From: Chloroflexota bacterium
Lineage (GTDB): Bacteria > Chloroflexota > Anaerolineae > Anaerolineales > UBA4823
Length of the DNA stretch: 38,582 nt
NCBI GenBank assembly: GCA_020346705.1
Contig: CP070785.1
Span: forward strand, 1,108,749 to 1,147,330
Reading direction: 5' to 3'
A program made the translations under genes and the position numbers. The notes under the pieces were generated by a model. The model was not told the origin of the DNA and searched no databases. It saw nothing but the letters and a program-made list of their open reading frames with translations. How positions within the stretch are numbered: position 1 is the stretch's first letter; each line of letters opens with the position of its first letter. Positions 17,974 to 28,125 of the stretch are shown here, in pieces.

Positions 17974-19527
17974 GTGAAGACGCAAATTATTCAACTTGAG
18001 CCTCATGATGACACCATCTCAGTTCGGGATAAGATGGGGTGGAGTCAGACCGGGAGGGTGGTACTTGTCTGGCCAGCACGCGGCCGACTCTTAGATCGCA
18101 GGCTCGATCTAGTTCTGCTCCTCAGACACAGCCAATCTCTTGGCGCACAAATCGCCTTGGTCACGAATGACCGCGAGGTTCGCTTCCAAGCAAAATCTCT
18201 GGGCATACCAGTTTACAGAACCATTCGCAAAGCTCAAAGAGCTCGCTGGAGACGACCCGGTCGCACTGCTTTCCAATCCCAAGATCAGCATACCGAATGG
18301 CAAGACCGCCTGGATCGTATTCAAGAGATTCTGGCGAATCCAATACACCGCGATAGAGGTGATCGCCAGCTCTCGCAACCAATTAGGATTGGCTTATTCG
18401 CTCTGGCCGTGTTGGCGGTATTATCCATCGCTGCAGTCTTGGTACCCAGCGCAGAAATCACAATCCAACCGGCCGTTAAACAGCAGGAATTAACCCTCAC
18501 AGTTCAGGCGAGCGACTCCCTTGATAAGATCAATCTTTCCGGGGAACTACCAGTTCGTTGGAAAAACACCATCGTAGAGGGACGAGGCAGCCTCCTTACC
18601 ACTGGCTCCATCAACGTGCCAACAGATTATGCTGCTGGGGAGGTCATTTTTCAAAACCTGACCGATAAGCCAGTATTGGTTCCCAAGGGCACAATCGTCA
18701 GCACCGCAGATTTTTCGCGACGCTACAAAACGCAAAATGATGCTCGCGTTCCTGGCGGATCAGGTATGCAGGCGGAGGCATCCATTCAAGCCCTCGAACC
18801 AGGTCCTATCAGCAACGTCTCGACGGACAGGATCAAAGCAATCGAAGGCGATCTCGGTGTCTTACTCACTGTAAACAATGCATCAGCGGTAACTGGGGGC
18901 AGTTTGTCCGCAAGTCCAGCGCCGACAGAGGGGGATCGCCAGCAGCTTAAAGAAGAGCTGATCGCAAACCTGACAGACAACGCACAGCAGGAAATCGCGG
19001 ATTCTTTAGATCCTCGGGATTATTTGCTTACCGAGACACCAGAACTGGTGAGTGATATTTCCGAATCTTATTCCCCAGCGGAATACCAACCAGCCAGTGA
19101 ACTTTCATTGATCCTGCGTTTAGAATTCAGATCACCGTATGTGTCCGCGCAGGATCAAGACACGTTTGCCAGTGCGGTGCTCGAAGCCAATTTACCGCCG
19201 GATTATTCCCCGGTTCCAGGGACGATGGAGGTTATCCAGCTCACCTCACCAGAATTTAAGGATGGAACGACAACAGACTGGAGGACACAGTTGATCCAGG
19301 ATATCCAGAGCAAGCCATCGGCGAACCAAATCATAAATCTTTCACGTGGTCGATCTCCCCAGGATGCCAGCCAGATGGTGATGGACAATTTTGCTTTAAC
19401 CAGTGCTCCGCAGATAATAACCACGCCATCCTGGTGGCCGGTGATGCCATTGATTCCGATCCGGATCGATGTGATCACAATTAGCGCGGTCCAGGCAGCA
19501 AATACACCTATCCAGTTTGTGGAATGA
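17974..19527 (+). CDS. conserved-looking hypothetical single-pass membrane protein (weak baseplate-J-like resemblance in the ectodomain)
   Basis: 517-aa ORF with a GTG start. A basic cytoplasmic N-domain of ~130 aa, one TM (IGLFALAVLAVLSIAAVLV), and a large C-terminal domain. The segment ASIQALEPGPISNV...VNNASAVTGGS loosely recalls baseplate J/gp47-like domains. Confidence 0.5.
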   Translation: MKTQIIQLEPHDDTISVRDKMGWSQTGRVVLVWPARGRLLDRRLDLVLLLRHSQSLGAQIALVTNDREVRFQAKSLGIPVYRTIRKAQRARWRRPGRTAFQSQDQHTEWQDRLDRIQEILANPIHRDRGDRQLSQPIRIGLFALAVLAVLSIAAVLVPSAEITIQPAVKQQELTLTVQASDSLDKINLSGELPVRWKNTIVEGRGSLLTTGSINVPTDYAAGEVIFQNLTDKPVLVPKGTIVSTADFSRRYKTQNDARVPGGSGMQAEASIQALEPGPISNVSTDRIKAIEGDLGVLLTVNNASAVTGGSLSASPAPTEGDRQQLKEELIANLTDNAQQEIADSLDPRDYLLTETPELVSDISESYSPAEYQPASELSLILRLEFRSPYVSAQDQDTFASAVLEANLPPDYSPVPGTMEVIQLTSPEFKDGTTTDWRTQLIQDIQSKPSANQIINLSRGRSPQDASQMVMDNFALTSAPQIITTPSWWPVMPLIPIRIDVITISAVQAANTPIQFVE

Positions 19528-19543
19528 ATCTAACAGATCAGGC

Positions 19544-19978
19544 ATGAGAATCCTCGCTGTAGATCCAGGTAGCAAGAATCTTGGGATCGCGTTGAGCGAC
19601 CCGACCGGTACCATCGCCAATCCGCTCACAGTCTTGAAACACGTCTCCAGGCAAGCGAACGCAACCGCGATCCTCGAGATTGCTGAGAGTCATGACGCAC
19701 AGGTAATCATTGTTGGACAATCGCTTGATCAACACGGCCAACCGACCTTCGAAGGCCGGCGCGCAGCCCGGCTGGCAGGTGAGATTCAATCTCTGAGCGA
19801 CATTCGAGTGGTTCTATGGGATGAGAGCTTCAGCACTGTTGAGGCCCAACAAGCGCGTCTCACCCTTGGATCACCGCGCCGTAAACGGCAGGGGCATCTG
19901 GATGACCTGGCTGCCACAGTGATCCTGCAATCCTACCTCGATGCACATCATGAAGATCAACCGAACAAGGACAAATAA
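19544..19978 (+). CDS. ruvX: Holliday junction resolvase-like / pre-16S rRNA nuclease RuvX (YqgF)
   Basis: MRILAVDPGSKNLGIALSD at the N-terminus and a DESFSTVEA motif. The start was moved from 19517 to ATG 19544. Confidence 0.88.
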   Translation: MRILAVDPGSKNLGIALSDPTGTIANPLTVLKHVSRQANATAILEIAESHDAQVIIVGQSLDQHGQPTFEGRRAARLAGEIQSLSDIRVVLWDESFSTVEAQQARLTLGSPRRKRQGHLDDLAATVILQSYLDAHHEDQPNKDK

Positions 19979-20025
19979 TCACCTCTCCAACCTTTATTTT
20001 TGAAATCACCGCCTGGAATATTTGA

Positions 20026-21168
20026 ATGAGCAACCGCCGGCCACCAAGTTTCACTATTATCTTCATTGCTTTTGTCTCAGTGTTTTGCCTGGGAGCTTGC
20101 ATTATGCTTGGTGGATACCTGGAGATCAACCGGCGAGCCGAAGTAGCGTTCGGACCACCATCGACTGATCTCGATCCACTCCAACGTTTGCGATTAACTC
20201 TCTTGCTGCTTTACCAGGCCGATCAATTACATAATCCAGCTGCGATCTCAGGCGACTCAGTTCGCATTGAAATCCCGCTTGGAGAATCGCCCCTAACAAT
20301 CGCTTCCAGGCTGGAAACCGCTGGAATAATCTCAGATACCCAGGCTTTTATCAACTATCTGAAATACTCAGGATTAGATACTACCCTGCAAGCCGGTGAA
20401 TATTCCCTCAATCCAACGCTCAATTCGGTGGAGATAGCCCATATCTTGCAGGATGCAACCCCGAGCGAGGTTACATTTTCAATTCTCCCCGGCTGGAGAT
20501 TGGAAGAAGTCGCGGCCACCTTGCCAACTACAGGTCTCGAAATAACACCGGATGAATTCATGTCGGCAGCGAACGCTCCAGAATTGGTAACCCCTCTTCC
20601 GCTGGAATTTCCGGTAGGATCATCTCTAGAAGGTTTCCTGTATCCAGGTTCTTACCGCATTCCCCGCCAGACGAACATTGACCAGCTATTGACAATATTA
20701 TTGAGTGAATTTGAATCCCAACTCAGCTTTGATATACTGGATGGCATCCAACGTCAAGGGTTGAACATTCATCAAGCGGTGACCTTGGCTTCAATAGTCG
20801 AACGGGAATCAATTGTGGCTGAAGAAATGCCCATTATTGCTTCTGTTTTCCTCAACCGGTTAGCAATTGGCATGTCATTGGAAGCGGATTCCACCGTCCA
20901 ATACGCGGTAGGATTCAACCCAAATCAGAATACCTGGTGGACGAATCCGCTGAGCATACAAGATTTGCAATTTGATTCGCCTTTCAATACATACCTATAC
21001 GCGGGTCTACCTCCAGGCCCAATTGCCAATCCGGGCTCCCGGGCCTTGCGGGCCGTTGCCTTTCCAGCTCAATCTCCATATTATTATTTTCGGGCCACAT
21101 GTGATGACTCGGGGAGGCACAACTTTTCCGAGACATTCGACGAACACGTAAATAATGCCTGTCCATGA
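20026..21168 (+). CDS. mltG: endolytic murein transglycosylase MltG (YceG-like)
   Basis: N-terminal TM, a YceG-like pattern (LEGFLYPGSY, LASIVERE with the catalytic Glu, NTYLYAGLPPGPIANPG). It sits in the conserved alaS-ruvX-mltG neighbourhood. Confidence 0.9.
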   Translation: MSNRRPPSFTIIFIAFVSVFCLGACIMLGGYLEINRRAEVAFGPPSTDLDPLQRLRLTLLLLYQADQLHNPAAISGDSVRIEIPLGESPLTIASRLETAGIISDTQAFINYLKYSGLDTTLQAGEYSLNPTLNSVEIAHILQDATPSEVTFSILPGWRLEEVAATLPTTGLEITPDEFMSAANAPELVTPLPLEFPVGSSLEGFLYPGSYRIPRQTNIDQLLTILLSEFESQLSFDILDGIQRQGLNIHQAVTLASIVERESIVAEEMPIIASVFLNRLAIGMSLEADSTVQYAVGFNPNQNTWWTNPLSIQDLQFDSPFNTYLYAGLPPGPIANPGSRALRAVAFPAQSPYYYFRATCDDSGRHNFSETFDEHVNNACP

Positions 21169-21240
21169 TTCCCGGATTAGTACTTATTATCCCTTGAACC
21201 AGAATTCAAATACACATATGATCGGATTGGATCGAATCTC

Positions 21241-22513
21241 ATGAAACTAAAAATCCTTGTAATTATCACTATCTGTCTGATACTTTTGGCCGCAAATTCG
21301 GTTATCAAATCCGGAGAAATTCAGGCGGTTGGGCAATCTGCCTGGCCTCAGATCAGCACCAACCTGGTTGCAAGTGGATTTGAACTGCCGGTACATATCA
21401 CGAATGCTCAGGATGGCAGTAACCGGTTATTCGTCGTCGAACAGCGGGGGAGAATCCAAATTCTGCAAAATAGCTCAATCCAGGCGACATTCCTGGATAT
21501 CTCGGACCGTGTCCGCTCACCCATCAGTGGTGGGGGGACTGAAGAAGGCCTGTTAAGCGCTGCTTTTCCCCCGGGATTCGGATCCACAAAATCTCATTTT
21601 TATGTTTACTACACTCGAAAGAATGGTGATAACCGGGTGTCCCGCTTTTATCTAAGCCCCGATCCGAACTTCGCCGATCCGACCTCGGAGCAGGTGATCC
21701 TTGAACTACCCCACCCCACATACGGGAATCATAATGGCGGTCAACTTGCCTTTGGACCTGACGGTTATCTCTATATAGGCACCGGGGATGGAGGCGGAGG
21801 TGGAGATCCGTTTGACAATGCCCAGAATCCAGGAGTCCTTCAAGGAAAACTGCTCAGGATCGATGTTGAGCTGGCACAGATAAAAACAAGATCAGAGTCG
21901 GTATTAATTTACCTGCCTTTGATCCCCAACAACAGCACCTTAACCCCTCCTGATCAAGCATACCGCATTTCCTGCCAACAATCCTTTTCTAGGTCAACCA
22001 GGGTACAGGGGAGAAATTTGGGCTCTCGGTTTAAGAAATCCGTGGCGCTTCTCATTCGATCGCCTGACCGGTGATATCTACATCGCTGATGTCGGGCAAA
22101 GTACCTGGGAAGAGGTGAACTTTCAACCTGCAACCAGTGCTGGCGGTGAAAATTATGGCTGGAACATCATGGAAGGAGAGGATTGTTACAATGGCAGCAC
22201 ATGCGACAGCAGTGGTCTGACCCTGCCTGTATTCTCATATCGGACGCATGTCGACGGTTGTTCAGTCACCGGCGGGTTTACTTATCGAGGATCAAATTAC
22301 CCCGGATTGCAGGGGATATATTACCTTGGTGATTACTGCTCAGGACGCATCTGGGGAATGCAAAATTCAGGCAGCGTGTGGATCAATCAAATGCTCCTGG
22401 AAACAACTTACAACATTTCCAGCTTTGGCGAGGATGAATCTGGGGAGCTTTATTTGGCAGATCGTAATTCAGGGAATATCTACCAAATCATCGAGGTGAC
22501 AACAGGATCCTAA
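21241..22513 (+). pseudogene. PQQ-dependent sugar (glucose/sorbosone) dehydrogenase, interrupted by a 1-nt frameshift
   Basis: ORFs 21241..22074 and 22115..22513 are two halves of one beta-propeller dehydrogenase (signal peptide, GSNRLFVVEQRGRI, HNGGQLAFGPDGYLYIGTGDGG, LLRIDV). The homologous reading YRI|PANNPFLGQPGYRGEIWALGLRNPWRFSFDRLTGDIYIADVGQ continues in the +1 frame from 21971. That frame is open from 21944. Confidence 0.8.
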
Positions 22514-22579
22514 TCTGGTTATTATTCCTCCATTAACGGCAACTCGGGATAATAAAAGGATGTCTTTAATTATCATTTA

Positions 22580-22643
22580 GAATCCTAATGGGCCTATTCC
22601 GGATCTGTGCGATCCGGGAGGTGAGGAATCCCCATTGGGATTT
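22580..22643 (+). terminator. nested hairpin structure followed by a T-rich tract (likely complex terminator of the plus-strand gene)
   Basis: Outer stem: 22581-22592 (AATCCTAATGGG) pairs with 22631-22642 (CCCATTGGGATT), 12 bp with one G-T. Inner hairpin: 22597-22605 pairs with 22611-22619, 9 bp including one G-T, with CCGGATC/GATCCGG as its perfect core and a 5-nt loop. TTTATTT follows. Confidence 0.5.
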
Positions 22644-22772
22644 ATTTACTGAGGTTCACAAAAGGGATTTCTAGACTCTTCACGCCTCGAAATGACAAAT
22701 CTCTTATGATTATCTTTCATTATCTCGATCTCAATTTGTATTAGATAATTTTTAACCGAGTAACCGGTAAAC

Positions 22773-24182
22773 CTACTTCTTGAGAACATAGTAAGTAGAT
22801 TTTTTATCCCCAATCTTTACCAAAACCCCCTTCGAAACCAAATCGGATAAATCACGGCGCAGTGTCTCTGGGTGTACCTCCGGGCAAAGCTCGTGAAATT
22901 CACGGTTCGTGATCCGTCTCCGGGTTGCCAAATAATTCAACGCGGCTTCCTGGCGTGGGTTGATACCCAGTGCTAGGTATTGGGATAGATCATTGGGCGG
23001 TAAATCTTCTGCGGGGCTGTTATGCAGGGTTACTCGAAAAGTCCCGGCTGATTCCTCAAATTGAGGCGGATTTAGAGAATTCTGGCGCATTGAGGTAACT
23101 GCCCGATCTAATCCATATCCCAACCGCTCCACATAGCCTAAATCAGCCAGCACCTGGACGATGACCGGATTGCGGGAATAGCGGGCTGATAAGATATTCT
23201 CTATTGTAATCGGACCTGGTAAGCCACCGGGAGAGGTCACTTCCAGGCGGTCTGAGTAGATATTCAGATGAATGCTGTCCCCTTGGAGATTGTAATCCCG
23301 GTGAGCAATGGCATTCACGATCAATTCACGGACGGCATCAAATGGGTATTCCAGTACCTCCTCGTGGGCCAGACCGATCAGGCGCACCACGCTCTGCAGG
23401 TTTGCCCGCAAGAATTTTTCGGCTTGCTGCAGCTGGGAGATCAGCGAGCCGTTCATCTCCTCCTTGACAAAACGATCCCCAAATGAATGACCGGAAAATC
23501 GAGCCGCCAGGATTTGGGCGGTGGGCAGCCAGCGTTGGGGAGCGCGTCCAAATAATAAAAGCCCTGCATAGGTCGGGAGCAATTCTGCCTCCATCTCGTG
23601 CAGGCAACCGCGCTGAACCAGGATGTCTTTTATCCCGGGCTGTGATTCCCACTCCTTGATTTTTGCCGCGGAATAATAAGCCTGGCAATAATCCTCAACT
23701 TGCTGCTCATCTAAATCTTGATAGGCAGCATCCGTTGGAGTTTGGGATTCAAATAAGATCATCCCCTTCTCCACAAGCATTCGGCGGAGTTGCCGGGGTG
23801 GAATCGGGATGACTTGGTTTCCTTCCCGCCAGTAATAACGACCTTCCAGGCCAAAAACATGCGGTAGACCTTGGGGGACACTGATATGCAATAGGTTAAC
23901 TTGCCCGAGACGCTGGACTCTTGGAACTGGTATGACTAAAGTCGGATCAATGGAAAGGCAGGCTCGGAAAACTCGGTCAAGTGCCGTTGAGATATCTTGT
24001 ACTCCCTGCACTTTTCCCGATTGAGGATTGATCCCAAGAAAAATTGTTCCCCCGCTGGTGTTGGCGAAAGCAGCAAGTTGAGCAGCCAACTCCCCCAGCG
24101 CCACATCCTCAGCGCACCAGTGCAGGTCTGGACCCATGCCCTGGGCTAATATTGGATATATGTCAAACTCAGGAGATCCCAT
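22773..24182 (-). CDS. COG2865-type putative DNA-binding protein (AlbA_2/Schlafen-like N-domain, HATPase_c_4-like domain, C-terminal winged helix)
   Basis: 469 aa. AAFANTSGGTIFLGI in the N-domain. RELIVNAIAHRDYNLQGDSIHLNIYSDRLEVTSPGGLPG in the ATPase-like domain. The C-terminal LNYLATRRRITNREFHELC...LSDLVSKGVLVKIG is HTH-like. Confidence 0.7.
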   Translation of the reverse strand: MGSPEFDIYPILAQGMGPDLHWCAEDVALGELAAQLAAFANTSGGTIFLGINPQSGKVQGVQDISTALDRVFRACLSIDPTLVIPVPRVQRLGQVNLLHISVPQGLPHVFGLEGRYYWREGNQVIPIPPRQLRRMLVEKGMILFESQTPTDAAYQDLDEQQVEDYCQAYYSAAKIKEWESQPGIKDILVQRGCLHEMEAELLPTYAGLLLFGRAPQRWLPTAQILAARFSGHSFGDRFVKEEMNGSLISQLQQAEKFLRANLQSVVRLIGLAHEEVLEYPFDAVRELIVNAIAHRDYNLQGDSIHLNIYSDRLEVTSPGGLPGPITIENILSARYSRNPVIVQVLADLGYVERLGYGLDRAVTSMRQNSLNPPQFEESAGTFRVTLHNSPAEDLPPNDLSQYLALGINPRQEAALNYLATRRRITNREFHELCPEVHPETLRRDLSDLVSKGVLVKIGDKKSTYYVLKK

Positions 24183-24220
24183 GCGAAAAGAATTTCCAAG
24201 TCATTTGGTGCTGAAGATGT

Positions 24221-26719
24221 TTAGGCCCCGGAATGGATTGAGGGTTGATCTCCACTGGATTTAATTGGCGCTTTCGTGGGGCTACCTTTCTGATTTGATT
24301 TCGAAGGGAGTAAGGCGATGTCCAACACCTTATCCATATGTTCCACATGCACAATCTCCAGCTCGGAGAGAAACTGCTTGGGGACTTCAACTAAATCTTT
24401 ATCATTTCGCTTGGGCAAGACGATCGTCTTTAGCCCAACCCGGTGACCGGCAAGCACTTTTTCACGCACACCACCCACCGGTAAAATGCGACCACGCAAG
24501 GTGATCTCCCCCGTCATGCCGACATCTTTGCGCACTTTGCGACCAGTGAAAGCAGAGATTAATGCCGTGGCAATCGTGATCCCCGCACTGGGGCCATCTT
24601 TCGGGATCGATCCCTCCGGGATATGGATGTGGATGTCAACGTTATCGAACGTATCCGAGCTGACTTTCAATGCTTTCGCTCGCGACTTCAAATAGGATAG
24701 CGCCGCCTGGGCAGACTCCTGCATCACATTCCCAATCTGCCCAGTAATCTGCAGATTCCCTTTGCCTTCAACCAACAATACTTCAACAGGCATGATCTCG
24801 CCCCCATTTACCGTCCAGGCGATGGCGGTCGCCACACCGACTTCATTTCTTCGTTCCGCTTCCAGGTTGAAGAAAGGCGGAGGACCGAGAAACCGCTCGA
24901 CCGAAGCCGAACCTACCCGGTGCGGGTAGCGTTTCTTCTCGGCTTTTAAGCGGGCAACTTTCCTGCAAATGCGACCAATCTCGCGTTCCAGGTTGCGTAC
25001 GCCCGCTTCGTAGGTATATTCGCGAATCAACCGCTTCAGCGCCAGCTCGGTAAACTGAAATTCTTTACCATCCAGGCCATTTTCTTCCATCTGGCGAGGG
25101 ATCAGAAAACGGCGGGCAATTTCGATCTTCTCCTCTTCGATATAACCGGGAAAATCGATCACTTCCATGCGGTCAAGCAGTGCGAAAGGGATGGTCGCAG
25201 TTGTATTGGCCGTGGTGATGAACATGACCTTTGAGAGATCATATGGAAGTTCGAGGTAGTGATCGGAAAAGCTATAATTCTGCTCGGGATCTAGCACTTC
25301 AAGCAAGGCAGCAGCAGGATCACCCCTGAAATCCTGCCCCAGCTTGTCAACTTCATCCAGCATGAAGAGCGGGTTGACCGTGCCAGCACGGCGCATGGTT
25401 TGCAAGATTCGTCCCGGCAGCGCACCGATATATGTCCTCCGGTGACCGCGGATCTCTGCTTCATCTCGCACTCCACCCAACGAAAGGCGTACAAATTTTC
25501 TTCCTAATGCCTCACTGATCGATTTGCCCAATGAAGTTTTGCCGGTGCCCGGGGCTCCAACAAAACAAAGGATGGGCTGCCGGGCGCGCTTTGGACTCAA
25601 GCTGCGGACCGCGATATATTCCAGGATTCGATCTTTGATGCGCGGTAGCCCATAGTGGTATTGATCAAGGGTTTTGCTCGCATGGCTGACGTCCAGGTTA
25701 TCCTCGGTTGAATCTGTCCAGGGCAGCTCCAAAATCCATTCCAGGTAGGTGCGGATTATGCCGACCTCCGGGGAAAGGGGCGGCATCTGACTGAGTCGGT
25801 CGGCTTCTTTCAACGCCCGAACCTGTACTTCTTCCGGCAGGGAGACCCCTTCTATGCGGGCACGCAGTTCGTTAATTTCCCGAGACCAGGGATCTCCTTC
25901 TCCCAACTCGGTCTGGATAACTTTCATCTGTTCCCGCAGGTAGAATTCGCGTTGGGTTCGATCCACTTCTCCCTGCGCCTTGGTGTGGATTTCATCCTCC
26001 AACTCCAAGACATCCGCTTCTTGAGCAAGGATTTTGACCACGGATCGCAGGCGCTCCAACGGCTCAGGGATCATCAGTAATTCCTGGCGTTCCTCAATAG
26101 GTGGCGCGACGGTGGTGGCGATCATATCTGCCAGCCAGCCGGGTTCGTCGATATTCAATGCATACAGGTATGCCTCTTCCGGCAAGCTGCGATCTAGTTG
26201 GATCACACGTTGGAACAGTTCCAGCGTGGTGCGCATTGTGGCATCCATCTGCCGGTTGACTTCAGTAGGTTCGAAGATTCGCCTGGCGCGAACAACCATG
26301 AATGGCTCGACCTGAACGAATTCGATGATCTCAAGCCTGCGGCGGCCCTGTACCAGCGCAGAGCTGGAACCATCTGGCATACTCAATAAACGACCGACGG
26401 CGATCTCTACCGCAATTGGATAAAAATCGCCAGGACCTGGATCATCCTGGTCCGGGTCGCGCTGCAACAGCGCGATCATGGTTTGATCTTCGAGCTGGGT
26501 ATCCTCAATTGCTAATAAAGATCCTTCCCGGGCGACGAATATCGGCGATACCATCCTGGGGAAGATAACCAGGTCGCGCAGAGGGATGGCTGGACACTCA
26601 ATAAAACCATTCTCATCTGAGAGTGCATCCTGGACGCTGTACAGTTCTTCTGTACGCCGGTGCAGGGTTTCCCCAAATTCGTCTTCGTCTTCTCTAAAGA
26701 ACCAGTCTCGGTTGCTCAT
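24221..26719 (-). CDS. lon: ATP-dependent Lon protease (LonA type)
   Basis: 832 aa. LON N-domain, Walker [14 protein letters not shown], Walker [10 protein letters not shown], catalytic Ser in PKDGPSAG, and a downstream GGVREK catalytic Lys region. The ATG overlaps the folC stop (ATGA at 26716-26719). Confidence 0.97.
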   Translation of the reverse strand: MSNRDWFFREDEDEFGETLHRRTEELYSVQDALSDENGFIECPAIPLRDLVIFPRMVSPIFVAREGSLLAIEDTQLEDQTMIALLQRDPDQDDPGPGDFYPIAVEIAVGRLLSMPDGSSSALVQGRRRLEIIEFVQVEPFMVVRARRIFEPTEVNRQMDATMRTTLELFQRVIQLDRSLPEEAYLYALNIDEPGWLADMIATTVAPPIEERQELLMIPEPLERLRSVVKILAQEADVLELEDEIHTKAQGEVDRTQREFYLREQMKVIQTELGEGDPWSREINELRARIEGVSLPEEVQVRALKEADRLSQMPPLSPEVGIIRTYLEWILELPWTDSTEDNLDVSHASKTLDQYHYGLPRIKDRILEYIAVRSLSPKRARQPILCFVGAPGTGKTSLGKSISEALGRKFVRLSLGGVRDEAEIRGHRRTYIGALPGRILQTMRRAGTVNPLFMLDEVDKLGQDFRGDPAAALLEVLDPEQNYSFSDHYLELPYDLSKVMFITTANTTATIPFALLDRMEVIDFPGYIEEEKIEIARRFLIPRQMEENGLDGKEFQFTELALKRLIREYTYEAGVRNLEREIGRICRKVARLKAEKKRYPHRVGSASVERFLGPPPFFNLEAERRNEVGVATAIAWTVNGGEIMPVEVLLVEGKGNLQITGQIGNVMQESAQAALSYLKSRAKALKVSSDTFDNVDIHIHIPEGSIPKDGPSAGITIATALISAFTGRKVRKDVGMTGEITLRGRILPVGGVREKVLAGHRVGLKTIVLPKRNDKDLVEVPKQFLSELEIVHVEHMDKVLDIALLPSKSNQKGSPTKAPIKSSGDQPSIHSGA

Positions 26720-28116
26720 AATTTGTTTCCAATATGGATAAAACCTTTCTCACCGATACGCTCCTGCCAGGCAGATCGAGCCGCGGCAGCCACGAATATC
26801 GATCCGGTCACCAGGATTATGGCTTTGCTTCCAGCCAGCAACTCGGCCTCTTCCAGCGCATCTTCGATGGTTGAGGACGAGATAGCAGGGATATCCATCT
26901 CCTGGGCGATCTCCACCAGTTCATTGGGATCAGACGCCCTGGGATGAGTGGATTTTGTGGCTACAATCCTGATTATATTGGGCCGAAGTTCGGCTAACAT
27001 GCCTTTGATATCCTTGTCCTCCGAAGCGCCAAACACCAAGATCACCGGTACCCCAGGATAGTAATCCTGTAGGACAACTTGCAGTTTTTGCGCCGAATCG
27101 CGATTGTGGGCTGAGTCGATGATCAAGGGCGGTTCCAAACGAAGAATCTCGAACCTGCCGGGCCAAAATACCGATCGAAATCCTTTTTCGATTCCGAGAT
27201 TAGAAACCTCGATGCCGTTTTCTCGAGCGATCATCAAGGTGGTATAGGCCGTGGCTGCATTTTCCAGCTGGTGGGAACCCAACAAGGGGATCGTTAGCTG
27301 AACAGGTTCCCAATCACCATTTCCTCTGAAAAAATACCGTTCATATTTTTCCTGTTCGGATTTATGCCAGATCTGAAATCGCTGACCTGCCAGGGATTTT
27401 TCCGCCAGCTGGTAGCGATAATCCTCACCAACTTGAGTTATGGGCGCTCCTCGCTGTCCAGCGATATCCTTAATCGCCTGCAAAGCTTCCTCATTTTGGG
27501 GCGATACGACGACCGGGATGCTTGATTTAATGATGCCAGCTTTTTCCCCGGCAATTTCAGTCAGTGTATCTCCGAGCAGGTAAGTGTGATCATATGAAAT
27601 TGAGGTGATCACGGTTACCTCAGGCGAACAAACATTGGTCGCATCCAGGCGGCCTCCCAAGCCAACCTCAAGCACGGCAATGTCTACTTCTTTGCGGGCG
27701 AAATACAGGAAGGCGAGGGCTGTCGTGATCTCAAAAGTAGTTATCTCAGGACTTCTAGCAATACGTGGCTTGATCTCATCTACCAGGGATATCAGATCGG
27801 CGTGCGGGATCGGTTCACCATCCACCTGAATACGTTCAGCATAATCTTGCAGGTGGGGGGAGGTATACAAACCCACCCGCAAACCACTCTGCTGGATGGC
27901 GCTGGCGCAGAGCGCGGAGACAGAACCCTTGCCTTTTGTCCCAGCAACGTGCAGGATCTTATATTCTCGTTCCGGGTTACCCAGGGCAGTCATAAAATCT
28001 CGCATGCGAGTCAGATCGAATTTCTCCGGTGAATAGCGGAAGGTCTTCTGCAAGCTGTAATCAATATGGCTGTATAAATAATCCAGCGTTTCCTGGTACT
28101 GTGGTTCAATTTCCAT
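26716..28116 (-). CDS. folC: bifunctional folylpolyglutamate synthase / dihydrofolate synthase
   Basis: Mur-ligase P-loop HVAGTKGKGS, plus the TSPHL and DHT(Y)LLG patterns. 466 aa. Confidence 0.9.
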   Translation of the reverse strand: MEIEPQYQETLDYLYSHIDYSLQKTFRYSPEKFDLTRMRDFMTALGNPEREYKILHVAGTKGKGSVSALCASAIQQSGLRVGLYTSPHLQDYAERIQVDGEPIPHADLISLVDEIKPRIARSPEITTFEITTALAFLYFARKEVDIAVLEVGLGGRLDATNVCSPEVTVITSISYDHTYLLGDTLTEIAGEKAGIIKSSIPVVVSPQNEEALQAIKDIAGQRGAPITQVGEDYRYQLAEKSLAGQRFQIWHKSEQEKYERYFFRGNGDWEPVQLTIPLLGSHQLENAATAYTTLMIARENGIEVSNLGIEKGFRSVFWPGRFEILRLEPPLIIDSAHNRDSAQKLQVVLQDYYPGVPVILVFGASEDKDIKGMLAELRPNIIRIVATKSTHPRASDPNELVEIAQEMDIPAISSSTIEDALEEAELLAGSKAIILVTGSIFVAAAARSAWQERIGEKGFIHIGNKL

Positions 28117-28125
28117 GTGTATGGC

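Noticed and set aside
24221-26719. Lon as a BrxL-like or other defence-associated Lon-type protease
   Set aside because: It has the full LonA architecture (N-domain, AAA+ module, S16 Ser-Lys protease) and is translationally coupled to folC. No BREX or other defence partners are present.
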